From an uncultured Actinomycetes bacterium (GTDB taxonomy: Bacteria > Actinomycetota > UBA4738 > HRBIN12): a stretch of DNA of 64,000 bases. The DNA is taken from positions 1,536,001 to 1,600,000 of the forward strand of contig OY969934.1 in NCBI GenBank assembly GCA_963704725.1, written 5' to 3'. Position numbers and translations under genes: made by a program. The notes beneath the pieces were generated by a model that saw nothing but the letters and a program-made list of their open reading frames with translations, did no database searches and was not told the origin of the DNA. Shown here in pieces: positions 12,177 through 21,971 of this stretch. How positions within the stretch are numbered: the first letter of the stretch is position 1; every line of letters begins with the position of its first letter.

Positions 12177-13469
12177 GTGCGCTACGCCGACGCGCTGGCC
12201 GACCTCGACGCGCGCCAGCCCGAGCACATGCCGAAGCCGGACCTGGAGCGGATCCGCGCGCTCGCCGAGCTGCTCGACTCGCCCCAGCTCACCTATCCGA
12301 CGATCCACGTGACCGGGACGAACGGGAAGACGACGATCGCGCGACTGGCGGCCCGGATCGCCTGCGCTCACGGACTGACCACGGGGCTGTTCACGTCGCC
12401 GCACCTGCGTTCGGTGACCGAGCGCTTCCAGCTCTGCGAGGAGCCGATCCGTGAGGGCGAGCTCGGGGCGGAGTACGAGCACCTCCTGCCCTACCTGCGA
12501 ACCGTGGACGAGCGCGTCGGTCGCGTGACGTACTTCGAGGCGCTGACCGCGCTCGCGTACCTGTGGTTCGCGGACAAGCCCGTGGGGCTCGGCGTGTTCG
12601 AGGTGGGCATGGGGGGCACGTGGGATGCGACGAACCTCGTGGCCGGCCAGGTGGCCGTCCTCGGCCCCGTGGGGCTCGACCACCCCGAGCTGGGTTCGAC
12701 CGTGGCCGAGGTAGCGGGGGAGAAGGCGGGGATCGTCAAGCCCGGCACCGTGGCCGTGGTCCGCGAGCAGGACCCGGACGCCCTCGCGGTGATCGAGGCC
12801 CGGTGCGCCGAGGCCGGCGCCCGGATGCTGCTCGAGGACCGTGATTGGGGGCTGGAGACGCGCACGGCGGCGCTCGGGGGCCAGGCCCTCACGATCCGCG
12901 GTCTGCACGGCACGTACGAGGACCTCGGGCTGTCCCTGTTCGGTGAGTTCGCCGCGCACAGCGCCGGCGCGGGGCTCGTCGCGGTGGAGGCGCTGCTGGA
13001 ACGCCCCCTCGAGGACGACGCGGTGCGGGAGGCGCTGCTCGGCGCGACGTCGCCCGGCCGGATGGAGGTCGCCGGCCGGCGTCCGCTCGTCGTGCTCGAC
13101 GGGGCGCACAACCCGGCGGCCGCCGCGGCGCTCGCCGAGGCGTTGACCGAGGCCTTCACCTGGGAGCGGCTCCATCTGGTGATGGCGGTGTTCTCCAACA
13201 AGGACCTCGACGGCGTCGCGGCGCTGCTGGCACCGATCGCGGACGCGGGGTACGCCGCGACGACCGACAGCGTCCGCGCCCGCTCGAGCGAGGAGGTCGA
13301 GGCGGCTCTGTCCACGTACGGTCTTGCCGCGCAGCGGTTCCCGAGCGTTGCCGAGGCGCTGGAGGCGGCACGGGCGGCGGCGTCGACCGCCGATCTCATC
13401 CTGGTGACGGGCTCTCTGTACACTGTCGCCGCCGCCCGCGAGGCGCTCCTGAAGGGACTCTCATCGTGA
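12177..13469 (+). CDS. folC: Folylpolyglutamate synthase/dihydrofolate synthase
   Basis: IHVTGTNGKT, FTSPHL, EVGMGGTWDATN, LDGAHNP, VTGSLY. GTG start at 12177. Confidence 0.93.
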   Translation: MRYADALADLDARQPEHMPKPDLERIRALAELLDSPQLTYPTIHVTGTNGKTTIARLAARIACAHGLTTGLFTSPHLRSVTERFQLCEEPIREGELGAEYEHLLPYLRTVDERVGRVTYFEALTALAYLWFADKPVGLGVFEVGMGGTWDATNLVAGQVAVLGPVGLDHPELGSTVAEVAGEKAGIVKPGTVAVVREQDPDALAVIEARCAEAGARMLLEDRDWGLETRTAALGGQALTIRGLHGTYEDLGLSLFGEFAAHSAGAGLVAVEALLERPLEDDAVREALLGATSPGRMEVAGRRPLVVLDGAHNPAAAAALAEALTEAFTWERLHLVMAVFSNKDLDGVAALLAPIADAGYAATTDSVRARSSEEVEAALSTYGLAAQRFPSVAEALEAARAAASTADLILVTGSLYTVAAAREALLKGLSS

Positions 13470-13870
13470 CCGTCGAATCGACACTGCTCATCGTCAAGCC
13501 TGACGGCGTTCGGCGAGGACTGGTCGGCGAGGTGCTCCGCCGGGCGGAGGCGAAGGGGCTGCACATCGCCGAGATGAGGATGCTGCAGATCGATCGGGCC
13601 CTCGCCGACGAGCACTACGGCGAGCACCGGGAGAGGGCGTTCTTCGACGAGCTCGTGAGCTTCATCACGTCGGGTCCGGTGGTCGTGGCCCGCCTGGAGG
13701 GCGAGGGCGCGATCGATGTCTGGCGCACGCTCATGGGACCGACCGATCCGGCGAAGGCGCCGCCCGGCACGATCCGGGGCGATCTGGGCCTCATCATCAC
13801 GGAGAACGTCGTGCACGGCAGCGACTCGCCCGAGTCCGCCGAGCGCGAGCTCAAGCTCTTCTTCGGCTGA
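13466..13870 (+). CDS. ndk: Nucleoside diphosphate kinase
   Basis: IVKPDGVRRGLVG, PGTIRGD, NVVHGSDS. Confidence 0.97.
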   Translation: MTVESTLLIVKPDGVRRGLVGEVLRRAEAKGLHIAEMRMLQIDRALADEHYGEHRERAFFDELVSFITSGPVVVARLEGEGAIDVWRTLMGPTDPAKAPPGTIRGDLGLIITENVVHGSDSPESAERELKLFFG

Positions 13871-13876
13871 CGCCGC

Positions 13877-15490
13877 GTGGACGCGTCGCGCTCGCTGGAG
13901 CGGATCCGGGAGTACGTCGAGGTCCACCGCTACGGGCTGGCCACGCCCGGGCTCTCGCTCGCCGTCACCGACCGGGAGCGCTTCCTGGGCGGCGTGGTGG
14001 ACGGGTTCGCCGACCTCGACGCTCGAGAGCCGGTCGCCGGGCATCACCGCTTCCAGATCGGCTCGATCTCGAAGGGGTTCACCGCGCTCGCGCTGTTGCG
14101 GCTCGTCGAGGAGGGTCGTCTCGACCTCGAGGCCCCGGTCACGACCTACCTCCCGTGGTTCGAGGTGCGCTCGGCGCACCCGCCCATCACGATCCACCAC
14201 CTCCTGTCGCACACGAGCGGCCTCGTGACCGGGACGGACTTCACCGGCGACGCCGCGTCGGAGGTGTGGTCGCTGCGCGAGACGCACACGGGCTTCCCGC
14301 CGGGCGAGCGGTTCCTCTACTCGAACGTGGGCTACAAGACCCTGGGCCTGGTCCTGGAGGCGATCACCGGCCGGCCGTGGTGGGAGTCGGTCCGCGACCG
14401 GGTGATGGCGCCCATCGGGATGCTCGACGCCGACGTCGTGATCACCGACCGGTCCCGAGGTGGTCTCGCCGTCGGCTACTCGTCGCCGTTCTCCGATCGG
14501 CCGTGGCTACCGCGGCACGGGTGGGCGGCGGCGCCGTGGTTCGAGAGCGGCACGGCCGACGGCACGATCTGCGCCACGGCCGAGGAGCTCACGGCGTACG
14601 CGCGACTGCTCCTGGCGGGAGGTCGAGGGGTGGTCTCGCCCGCTTCGTTCGAGCGCATGACGACCCCGTTCGTCCGGGACCCCGAGTCGCCGCAGGAGGG
14701 GTTCGGGTACGGCGTCAAATGGATCGAGGAGCCCGGCCGCGCGCGTCTGCTCGGGCACGCCGGCGGCATGGTCGGCTTCGCCGCGCTCGCGCTCGTGGAT
14801 CCGGAGGCGGGGGTGGGCGCGGTCGCGCTCATGAACTCGGCCTTCGGGAGCCGGGAGGAGCTCGTCCACTTCGCGCTCGACTGTCTCGCCGTCGAGGCGC
14901 GGGGCGCGCCCCTGCCCGAGATCCCGCCCCCCGCGGACCCGCTCCGCGTCGAGAACGCTCCGGCGTTCGAGGGTCGCTACGAAGACCCGGGCGGCGAGAT
15001 GGTCGTGTCGGCGGCGGGCTCCGGGCTCGCGCTCGAGACGGAGGGTCGCCGGGCGGCGCTCGTGCCGGCGGGGACCGACACGTTCGTCGTGGACGACCCC
15101 GAGCTCGAGCGGTTCCCAGTCCGGTTCGTCCGCGAGGGGGGCGCGATCGTCGGCGCGGCCTGGGGGCCGCGCTGGCTCACCGAGCCGTCCCGGCGGGCCA
15201 CGTTCGCCTACCCGGGGGAGTGGTCGAGCCATGCCGGCCGGTACGCCTCGTGGAACCCGTGGTCCCCGGGGTTCCGGGTCTTCCCTCGGGCCGGGTCCCT
15301 GTGGCTCGCGTTCGCCGGCGAGGCCACCGACGTCGGAGGGGAGCGGCGGCTCGACCCGCTGGAGGATGGGACGTTCCGCGTCGGCGAGCCGTGGTCCCCG
15401 GACCGCGTCGCCTTCGACACGGTGATCGACGGGAAGGCGCAGCGGGCCGTGTTCGACGCGGCGCCCTACTACCGGACGTTCGTCGAGTGA
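13877..15490 (+). CDS. Serine hydrolase, beta-lactamase/penicillin-binding family, with C-terminal extension
   Basis: FQIGSISK (SxxK), LLSHTSG, FLYSN, GHAG motifs; no signal peptide. Confidence 0.85.
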   Translation: MDASRSLERIREYVEVHRYGLATPGLSLAVTDRERFLGGVVDGFADLDAREPVAGHHRFQIGSISKGFTALALLRLVEEGRLDLEAPVTTYLPWFEVRSAHPPITIHHLLSHTSGLVTGTDFTGDAASEVWSLRETHTGFPPGERFLYSNVGYKTLGLVLEAITGRPWWESVRDRVMAPIGMLDADVVITDRSRGGLAVGYSSPFSDRPWLPRHGWAAAPWFESGTADGTICATAEELTAYARLLLAGGRGVVSPASFERMTTPFVRDPESPQEGFGYGVKWIEEPGRARLLGHAGGMVGFAALALVDPEAGVGAVALMNSAFGSREELVHFALDCLAVEARGAPLPEIPPPADPLRVENAPAFEGRYEDPGGEMVVSAAGSGLALETEGRRAALVPAGTDTFVVDDPELERFPVRFVREGGAIVGAAWGPRWLTEPSRRATFAYPGEWSSHAGRYASWNPWSPGFRVFPRAGSLWLAFAGEATDVGGERRLDPLEDGTFRVGEPWSPDRVAFDTVIDGKAQRAVFDAAPYYRTFVE

Positions 15491-15494
15491 GGCG

Positions 15495-16739
15495 TCAGTC
15501 GAGCCGGCGGAACGCCACGCACGCGTTGTGCCCGCCGAAGCCGAACGAGTTCGACATCGCCAGCCGGACGTCCAGGGGGCGGGCCTCGTTGGCGACGTAG
15601 TCCAGGTCGCAGTCCTCGTCGGGCGTCTCGTAGTGGACGGTCGGCGGCACGAGACCGCGCTCGATCGCCAGCGCGCACGCGGCGCCCTCCACGGCACCGG
15701 CGGCCCCGAGCATGTGCCCGGTCATCGACTTGGTGGAGGAGATCGGCACGCGGTGGGCGACCTCGTCGCCGAGCGCGGCCTTGATGGCGGCGGTCTCGGC
15801 GGCGTCGTTCAGCTGCGTCGAGGTGCCGTGCGCGTTCACGTAGGAGACCGCGGCGGGCTCCTCCTCTGCGTCGCGGAGCGCCCAGGCCATCGCGAGCGCG
15901 GCGCCCGAGCCCTTGGGGTCGGGAGCCGTGATGTGGAACGCGTCGTCCGAGGCGCCGTAGCCGGCGACCTCGCAGTAGATCCGCGCCCCCCGGGCAAGCG
16001 CGTGGCGCTCGGACTCCAGCACGAGGGAGCACGCGCCCTCGGAGAGCACGAACCCGTCGCGGGCCTTGTCGAACGGACGGGAGGCGGTCTCCGGGTCGGG
16101 GTTCTTGGTGAGCGCCGTCATCTGCGCGAACGCCGCGACCGTGAGGCGGAGGGTGGCGGCCTCGGAGCCGCCGGCGATGGCCAGATCCAGGTAACCGTCG
16201 CGGATGTAGCGGAGTGACTCGCCGATCGCGTGGTTCGACGACGAGCACGCAGAGACCGTGCACAGGTTGGGCCCGGTGAAGCCGTACCGCATGGCGATGT
16301 GCCCGCTCGCGGCGTTGGCCATGAGCGCCGGCACCATGAACGGCGACACGCGGCCCGGACCCTTCTCGAGCAGGACGCTGTGCTGGGTGAGGAGCGTCTG
16401 GATGCCGCCGATGCCGGTGGCGAAGACCACGCCCGCGCGTTCCGCGGGGGCCTCGGGCTTGCCGGCGTCCTCCCACGCGAGCGCGGCGGCCGCCAGGGCG
16501 TAGTGGACGAACCTATCGGTGCGGCGGATCTCCTTGCGGTCGAGCCACAGGCTCGGGTCGAACCCCGGCACCTCGCCCGCGACCTTCACCGGAAGGTCGG
16601 AGGTGTCGAACGCGGTGATGGCGCGGATCCCGTTGCGACCGGTGGTCAGCCCCGTCCAGAAGTCCTCGACCCCCACGCCGACGGGCGTGACGGGGCCGAT
16701 CCCGGTGACGACGACGCGATCGCGGTCGGGCCGAGCCAT
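15495..16739 (-). CDS. fabF: 3-oxoacyl-ACP synthase II
   Basis: RVVVTGIG, SACSSSNHAIG, VNAHGTST, STKSMTGHMLGAAG, SNSFGFGGHN. Start ATG 16739. Confidence 0.95.
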   Translation of the reverse strand: MARPDRDRVVVTGIGPVTPVGVGVEDFWTGLTTGRNGIRAITAFDTSDLPVKVAGEVPGFDPSLWLDRKEIRRTDRFVHYALAAAALAWEDAGKPEAPAERAGVVFATGIGGIQTLLTQHSVLLEKGPGRVSPFMVPALMANAASGHIAMRYGFTGPNLCTVSACSSSNHAIGESLRYIRDGYLDLAIAGGSEAATLRLTVAAFAQMTALTKNPDPETASRPFDKARDGFVLSEGACSLVLESERHALARGARIYCEVAGYGASDDAFHITAPDPKGSGAALAMAWALRDAEEEPAAVSYVNAHGTSTQLNDAAETAAIKAALGDEVAHRVPISSTKSMTGHMLGAAGAVEGAACALAIERGLVPPTVHYETPDEDCDLDYVANEARPLDVRLAMSNSFGFGGHNACVAFRRLD

Positions 16740-16744
16740 GGGCC

Positions 16745-16993
16745 CTAGGACATCCCCAGCTTCTGCTCGACGAGGGCCACGGCCTGTCCCACCGTCTTCA
16801 CGCCCTCCATCTCCTCCTCGGGGATCTCGATGTTCCACTCCTCCTCGAGCGCGAGGACCGCCTCCACCAGGTCCAGCGAGTCCGCGTTCAGGTCCTCCGC
16901 GAACCGCGCGTCCGGGATGACCTGGGCCTCGTCCACCGCGAGCTGCTCGGCGAGGACCTTGCGGACCCGCGTCTGGATCTCTTCCTTGTCCAT
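16745..16993 (-). CDS. acpP: Acyl carrier protein
   Basis: DLNADSLDLVE (phosphopantetheine Ser); AAGGAGG Shine-Dalgarno. Confidence 0.95.
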   Translation of the reverse strand: MDKEEIQTRVRKVLAEQLAVDEAQVIPDARFAEDLNADSLDLVEAVLALEEEWNIEIPEEEMEGVKTVGQAVALVEQKLGMS

Positions 16994-17053
16994 CGTGTTC
17001 CTCCTTGTTCCCCCCTGCGCCGGCCCATGCTATGGGCTCGGCGCGCACCGCGA

Positions 17054-17800
17054 CTAGGCCGTGAGACCGCCGTCGACCGGTAGGGCGACGCCGTTCACGT
17101 ACGAGGCCTCCTCCGACATGAGGAAGCGCACGACGCCCGCCACCTCGTCGAGCCGGCCGGTCCTGCCGAGCGGCGTCTGCTCGAGGTACACGGCGCGGGC
17201 CTCGTCCGTGAGGTGTGACGTCATGTCGGTGTCGAGCAGGCCCGGGCAGATCGCGTTCACCGTGATGCCCTTGACGCCGACCTCGCGGGCCAGGGACTTC
17301 GTCAGCCCGACGAGCGCCGACTTCGACGCCGCGTACGCGGTCTGGCCGGCGTTGCCTCGGATCGCCACGGCCGAGGACAGGTTGACGATCCGGCCCCACT
17401 TGGCCCGGAGCATCCCCCGCATCGCCGCCCGGCTGCACAGGAACGCTCCGCGGACGTTCGTGTCCATCGTGCGTGTGTACGCCTCGAGGTCGTACGTGAT
17501 CAGCAGGCCGTCCTTGGAGTACCCGGCGTTGTTCACGAGGCCCGTCACCGGGCCGAGCGTCAGCGCGACCTGCTTGAACGCCTCGGTCACCGAGTTCTCG
17601 TCGAGGGTGTCGAGATGGACGACCGAGCCCTCCCCGCCGTCGTCCGTGATGGCCTCGAGCGCCTCCTTGGCGTCGGTGTCGTTCGTCCGATAGCCGATCG
17701 CCACCGACCACCCGTCGGCCGCGAGCGCCTCGGCGCACGCCCGTCCGATGCCACGGGACGCGCCCGTGACGACGGCGACCCTGCGGGCCGGCGCGCTCAC
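17054..17800 (-). CDS. fabG: 3-oxoacyl-ACP reductase
   Basis: VTGASRGIG, LVNNAG, YAASK, VNAICPG, PVDGG. GTG start overlaps the fabH stop. Confidence 0.92.
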   Translation of the reverse strand: MSAPARRVAVVTGASRGIGRACAEALAADGWSVAIGYRTNDTDAKEALEAITDDGGEGSVVHLDTLDENSVTEAFKQVALTLGPVTGLVNNAGYSKDGLLITYDLEAYTRTMDTNVRGAFLCSRAAMRGMLRAKWGRIVNLSSAVAIRGNAGQTAYAASKSALVGLTKSLAREVGVKGITVNAICPGLLDTDMTSHLTDEARAVYLEQTPLGRTGRLDEVAGVVRFLMSEEASYVNGVALPVDGGLTA

Positions 17801-18801
17801 GAGGCCGGCGGCCCGGTCCAGCGGATCAGGTTGGCGCCCCAGGCGAGCCCGGCCCCGAAGGACGTCAGGAGCACGAGGTCGCCCTCGTGGATGCGGCCGG
17901 CCCGCCACGCCCGGTCGAGCGCGATGGGGACCGATGCGGCCGACGTGTTGCCCACCGTCTCGACGTCCACGATCGCGCGCTCGAGCGGGATGCCGAGGCG
18001 CTCGGCCACGGCGATCATGATCCGGGCGTTGGCCTGGTGGGGGATCAGCAGGTCGACGTCGTCGGGTCCGAAGCCGGACTTGTCCAGGAGCTGGCGGCAG
18101 GCGTTCGCCATCTCGACCACCGCGCGCTTGAAGACCTCGCGGCCGTTGGGCATGCGGATCGAATGGTCGCGGGCCTCGACGGTCTCGCGGGTGGGCGGCC
18201 GGGCGGAGCCGCCCGCGGGGATGTACAGGATCTCGGCGGCCCGGCCGTCGGCGCCGAGGACGGAGCCGAGGATCCCGCCGGCCTCGGAGGGGCGCAGGAC
18301 GACGGCCCCGGCGCCGTCGCCGAACAGCACGCACGTGGTCCGGTCCGAGAAGTCCATGAAGCGCGACAGGACCTCGGCGCCGATCACGAGGATCGTCTCG
18401 GCCTGGCCGGATTCGATGAAGGCCGAGCCGGCCGAGAGCCCGTACGCGAACCCGGCGCACGCGGCGTTGAGGTCGAACGCAGGGGCCGTCACGCCGAGCT
18501 TGCGCTGGACCCAGACGGACGCGGCGGGGATCGGCGTGTCCGGCGTGAGCGTCGCGCACATGATCAGGTCGAGCTGCTCCGGGGCCACCCCGGCGGTCTC
18601 GAGCGCGATCCGGGCGGCGCCGACCGCCAGATCCGAGGTGGCCTCGCCGTCGGCAGCGAAGTGCCGCTCGCCGATGCCCGTGCGGTCGCGGATCCACTCA
18701 TCGCTGGTGTCGACGAGCTTCTCGAACTCCTGGTTCGTCACGACCCGGTCCGGGAGCACCGAACCCACCCCGGCCACGGTCGCGCGGCGCTGCGTGCTCA
18801 T
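17797..18801 (-). CDS. fabH: 3-oxoacyl-ACP synthase III
   Basis: DTSDEWIRDRTGI, AACAGF, LFGDGAGA, PHQANARI, GNTSAASVP, FGAGLAWG. Confidence 0.95.
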   Translation of the reverse strand: MSTQRRATVAGVGSVLPDRVVTNQEFEKLVDTSDEWIRDRTGIGERHFAADGEATSDLAVGAARIALETAGVAPEQLDLIMCATLTPDTPIPAASVWVQRKLGVTAPAFDLNAACAGFAYGLSAGSAFIESGQAETILVIGAEVLSRFMDFSDRTTCVLFGDGAGAVVLRPSEAGGILGSVLGADGRAAEILYIPAGGSARPPTRETVEARDHSIRMPNGREVFKRAVVEMANACRQLLDKSGFGPDDVDLLIPHQANARIMIAVAERLGIPLERAIVDVETVGNTSAASVPIALDRAWRAGRIHEGDLVLLTSFGAGLAWGANLIRWTGPPAS

Positions 18802-18921
18802 GGACCCCCTCCCCGAGGCGGACCGTCGCCCGCCCTCGTAGGGGTCCGAGGATATCGTCCGGCGGCCCCAGACGCGGCCGTTCGGCTCCCGAAGCCCCCG
18901 AGGGCGTTCGGCGGCCGGTGC

Positions 18922-19839
18922 TCAGCCCAGCTCGGCGGCGAGGCGCCGGGCCTCCTCCGGCGAGCCCACGGCCACCGCCCGCGCGCCCGGGACGACGCGC
19001 TTGGCCAGCTTCGTCAGCACGTCGCCCGGGCCGGCCTCGACGAACACGTCGGCCCCACCGCCCCGGAGCGAGGCCGCGCACCGCTCCCACCGCACCGGCG
19101 AGACCACGTGTCGCTTCAGCAGGTCGCGGAGCTCCGACGGGTCGGTCACGAGCTCGCCGGTGACGTTGGCCGCGATCGGGAACCGGGGCGGCGAGAACGC
19201 GGCGGCGTCGATCGCGGAGGCGAGGGGAGCCACCGCGGGCTCCATGAGGGGCGAGTGGAACGCCCCGGCCACACTGAGGCGGACCGCCCGGATCCGCCGG
19301 GCAGACGCCAGCGCCTCCGCGCGCTCGACGGCCGGCACGCTGCCGCTGATCACCACCTGCTGCGGCGAGTTCTCGTTCGCGACGATCAGAACGTCCCCGT
19401 CGCGAACCTCGTCGCAGAGCTCGGCGGCTCGGCTCGCGTCCACGCCGAGCAGCGCCGTCATCGTCCCGGGTCGTTCCTGCCCGGCTCGCTGCATGGCGCC
19501 TCCCCGAACCACGACGATCCGCAGGGCCTCGGCGAGGTCGAGGACCCCGGCGGCCACCAGGGCCGAGAACTCGCCGAGGGAGTGGCCCGCGGCGCCCCCG
19601 AACGACGCCCCTTCGGCCTCCAGGACGCGGAACGCGGCGACCTCGAGGGCCAGCAGCGCCGGCTGGACGACGTCGGTCGTGGCCAGGGCGGCCTCGTCCC
19701 GGCAGGCGGTCACGACGTCCCGCCCCATCGCGGTCGAGGCCTCCTCGAGCGCGTCCTTGGATGCAGCGTGAGACATCCACGGGTCGGCCATCCCGGCGAA
19801 CTGTGAACCTTGACCTGGGAACACCACGGCGGCACTCAT
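18922..19839 (-). CDS. fabD: Malonyl-CoA:ACP transacylase
   Basis: VFPGQGSQ, GHSLGE, VAGAFHSPLM, EAGPG. Start ATG 19839. Confidence 0.93.
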   Translation of the reverse strand: MSAAVVFPGQGSQFAGMADPWMSHAASKDALEEASTAMGRDVVTACRDEAALATTDVVQPALLALEVAAFRVLEAEGASFGGAAGHSLGEFSALVAAGVLDLAEALRIVVVRGGAMQRAGQERPGTMTALLGVDASRAAELCDEVRDGDVLIVANENSPQQVVISGSVPAVERAEALASARRIRAVRLSVAGAFHSPLMEPAVAPLASAIDAAAFSPPRFPIAANVTGELVTDPSELRDLLKRHVVSPVRWERCAASLRGGGADVFVEAGPGDVLTKLAKRVVPGARAVAVGSPEEARRLAAELG

Positions 19840-19985
19840 GCTGAGCCTCGTCTCGAGCGACGGTCGACCATCGACGCCGAACCCTACTTCGCCGGTCGAG
19901 GAGAAGGGAAACCGCAGGTCAGGCCATACGTAAACCCTCACCTTGCCTCAACCGACCGTCGAGGGTTGCCACTACCTTGAGGGTC

Positions 19986-21095
19986 ATGTACAACACAGCC
20001 GAACCCATGGCCGACATGGTTCAACGCAAGCTTCCCGCATCCCCGGGTCGCCGAAGCACGGGCGGCGACGGGGTCCTCGGGTTCCTGGGGCAGGATATGG
20101 CCGTTGACCTGGGGACCGCGAACACGCTCGTCTACGTTCGGCGCAACGGGATCGTGCTGAACGAGCCCTCGGTGGTCGCGATCAACACCAACACCGGCGC
20201 GATCCTGGCCGTCGGCAACGAGGCCAAGCGGATGATCGGCCGCACCCCCTCACACATCCAGGCCGTGCGCCCGCTGAAGGACGGCGTCATCGCCGACTTC
20301 GACGTCACCGAGAAGATGCTCCGGTACTTCATCCAGCGCGTGCACAAGCGCCGCCTGCTGGCCAAGCCGCGCGTCGTCGTCTGCGTGCCGAGCGGCATCA
20401 CGGGTGTCGAGCAGCGCGCGGTCGAGGAGGCCACGATCGCCGCCGGCGCCCGGCGCGCCTACATCATCGAGGAGCCCATGGCGGCGGCGATCGGAGCCGG
20501 ACTCCCGATCCACGAGCCGACGGGCAACATGATCGTGGACATCGGTGGTGGGACGACCGAGGTCGCCGTCATCTCGCTCGGCGGCATCGTCACGTCGTCG
20601 TCGCTGCGGATCGGCGGCGACGAGCTGGACGAGGCGATCATCGCGCACGTGAAGAAGGAGTACTCGCTCCTGCTCGGCGAGCGGACCTCGGAGGCCATCA
20701 AGCTCGCGATCGCGTCCGTCTACCCGATGCAGGAGGAGCTGATCGCGGAGATCCCCGGACGGGACCTCGTCTCCGGCCTGCCGAAGACGATCCAGATCAC
20801 CGACGGCGAGATCCGCACGGCGATCGAGGAGCCGGTCACGGCGATCATCGACTCGATCAAGGCGACGCTCGACCGCACCCCACCGGAGCTCGCCGGCGAC
20901 ATCATGCACAAGGGCATCGTCCTCACGGGAGGCGGCGCGCTGCTGCGGGGCCTCGACAAGCGCCTGCGGCACGAGACGGGCATGCCGATCCACATCGCGG
21001 AGAGCCCGCTCTCCTCGGTGGCGATCGGGTCCGGCAAGTGCCTGGAGGAGTTCGAGGTGCTGCAGCGGGTCCTGGTGAGCCCGTCGCGGAGGTGA
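19986..21095 (+). CDS. mreB: Rod shape-determining protein MreB
   Basis: AVDLGTANT, RPLKDGVIADF, IEEPMAAAIG, DIGGGTTE, LTGGGALL. Start uncertain (19986 follows TACCTT by 7 nt). Confidence 0.95.
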   Translation: MYNTAEPMADMVQRKLPASPGRRSTGGDGVLGFLGQDMAVDLGTANTLVYVRRNGIVLNEPSVVAINTNTGAILAVGNEAKRMIGRTPSHIQAVRPLKDGVIADFDVTEKMLRYFIQRVHKRRLLAKPRVVVCVPSGITGVEQRAVEEATIAAGARRAYIIEEPMAAAIGAGLPIHEPTGNMIVDIGGGTTEVAVISLGGIVTSSSLRIGGDELDEAIIAHVKKEYSLLLGERTSEAIKLAIASVYPMQEELIAEIPGRDLVSGLPKTIQITDGEIRTAIEEPVTAIIDSIKATLDRTPPELAGDIMHKGIVLTGGGALLRGLDKRLRHETGMPIHIAESPLSSVAIGSGKCLEEFEVLQRVLVSPSRR

Positions 21096-21102
21096 CGCGG
21101 CG

Positions 21103-21960
21103 GTGGCGCTGCGGAACCGCGCACGGAGCACCCGGCTCCTGGTCGTGACCCTGGTCTCGGCCTCCCTCATCACCATCACCGTCGACTACCGCGAGGGCGA
21201 CTCGGGACCGCTCGCGGCGGCGGGCGACGCCGCGCTCGCCATCGTCAGTCCCCTGCAGGAGGCCGTCTCCCGGGTCACGGACCCCATCGGCAACTTCTTC
21301 TCCACGCTCGTCCACCTTCCCTCGATCCGCCGCGAGAACGAGGAGCTGAAGCGACGGGTCGCCGAGTTCGAGGAGCGCGCCGCGACCCAGAGCGCGGACG
21401 CGGCTGCCCTGCAGGACGCCCAGGCGCTCCTCGGCCTGCAGGAGAACCTCGGTCCCCGGGTCGACACCCAAGCCGCTCAGGTGATCGCGAACGGGATCTC
21501 GAACTTCGAGTGGACGATCGAGATCGACAAGGGCTCCTCGGACGGCATCGGCGTCGACATGCCCGTCATCGCCGCCGCCGGGCTGGTCGGCCACGTCATC
21601 CGGGTCTCCGCAGGCACGTCCGTCGTCCAGCTCCTGATCGACCCGGACTCGCACGTCGCGGGGCGGCTGGTCACGGCGGACGAGTCCGGGCTGCTCGACG
21701 GCCGGGGCGAGGGCGACCTGACGATGTCCCTCGTCAGCCCGGAGGCCGTCGTCGAGCCCGACGACACGGTCGTGACGGCCGGGTACCGCCTCAACGACGG
21801 CAGCCTGCAGAGCCTGTACCCGCCGAACGTCCTCATCGGCACCGTCTCGCACGTGCTGTCCGAGGACAACGCGCTCGAGAAGGCCATCTCGGTGCGCCCC
21901 GCGGTCGACTTCTCCACCCTGGACCTCGTCCTGGTGGTGGTGTCGAGTGGGTCGGGCTAG
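21103..21960 (+). CDS. mreC: Rod shape-determining protein MreC
   Basis: N-terminal TM, coiled coil (RENEELK), IDKGSSDGI, GLVG, YPPNVLIG; operon position. Confidence 0.9.
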   Translation: MALRNRARSTRLLVVTLVSASLITITVDYREGDSGPLAAAGDAALAIVSPLQEAVSRVTDPIGNFFSTLVHLPSIRRENEELKRRVAEFEERAATQSADAAALQDAQALLGLQENLGPRVDTQAAQVIANGISNFEWTIEIDKGSSDGIGVDMPVIAAAGLVGHVIRVSAGTSVVQLLIDPDSHVAGRLVTADESGLLDGRGEGDLTMSLVSPEAVVEPDDTVVTAGYRLNDGSLQSLYPPNVLIGTVSHVLSEDNALEKAISVRPAVDFSTLDLVLVVVSSGSG

Positions 21961-21971
21961 CCTGAGCCGGC

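Noticed and set aside
13877-15490. Beta-lactam resistance gene
   Set aside because: SxxK/YxN motifs are shared by many esterases and peptidases, and there is no signal peptide or KTG triad.
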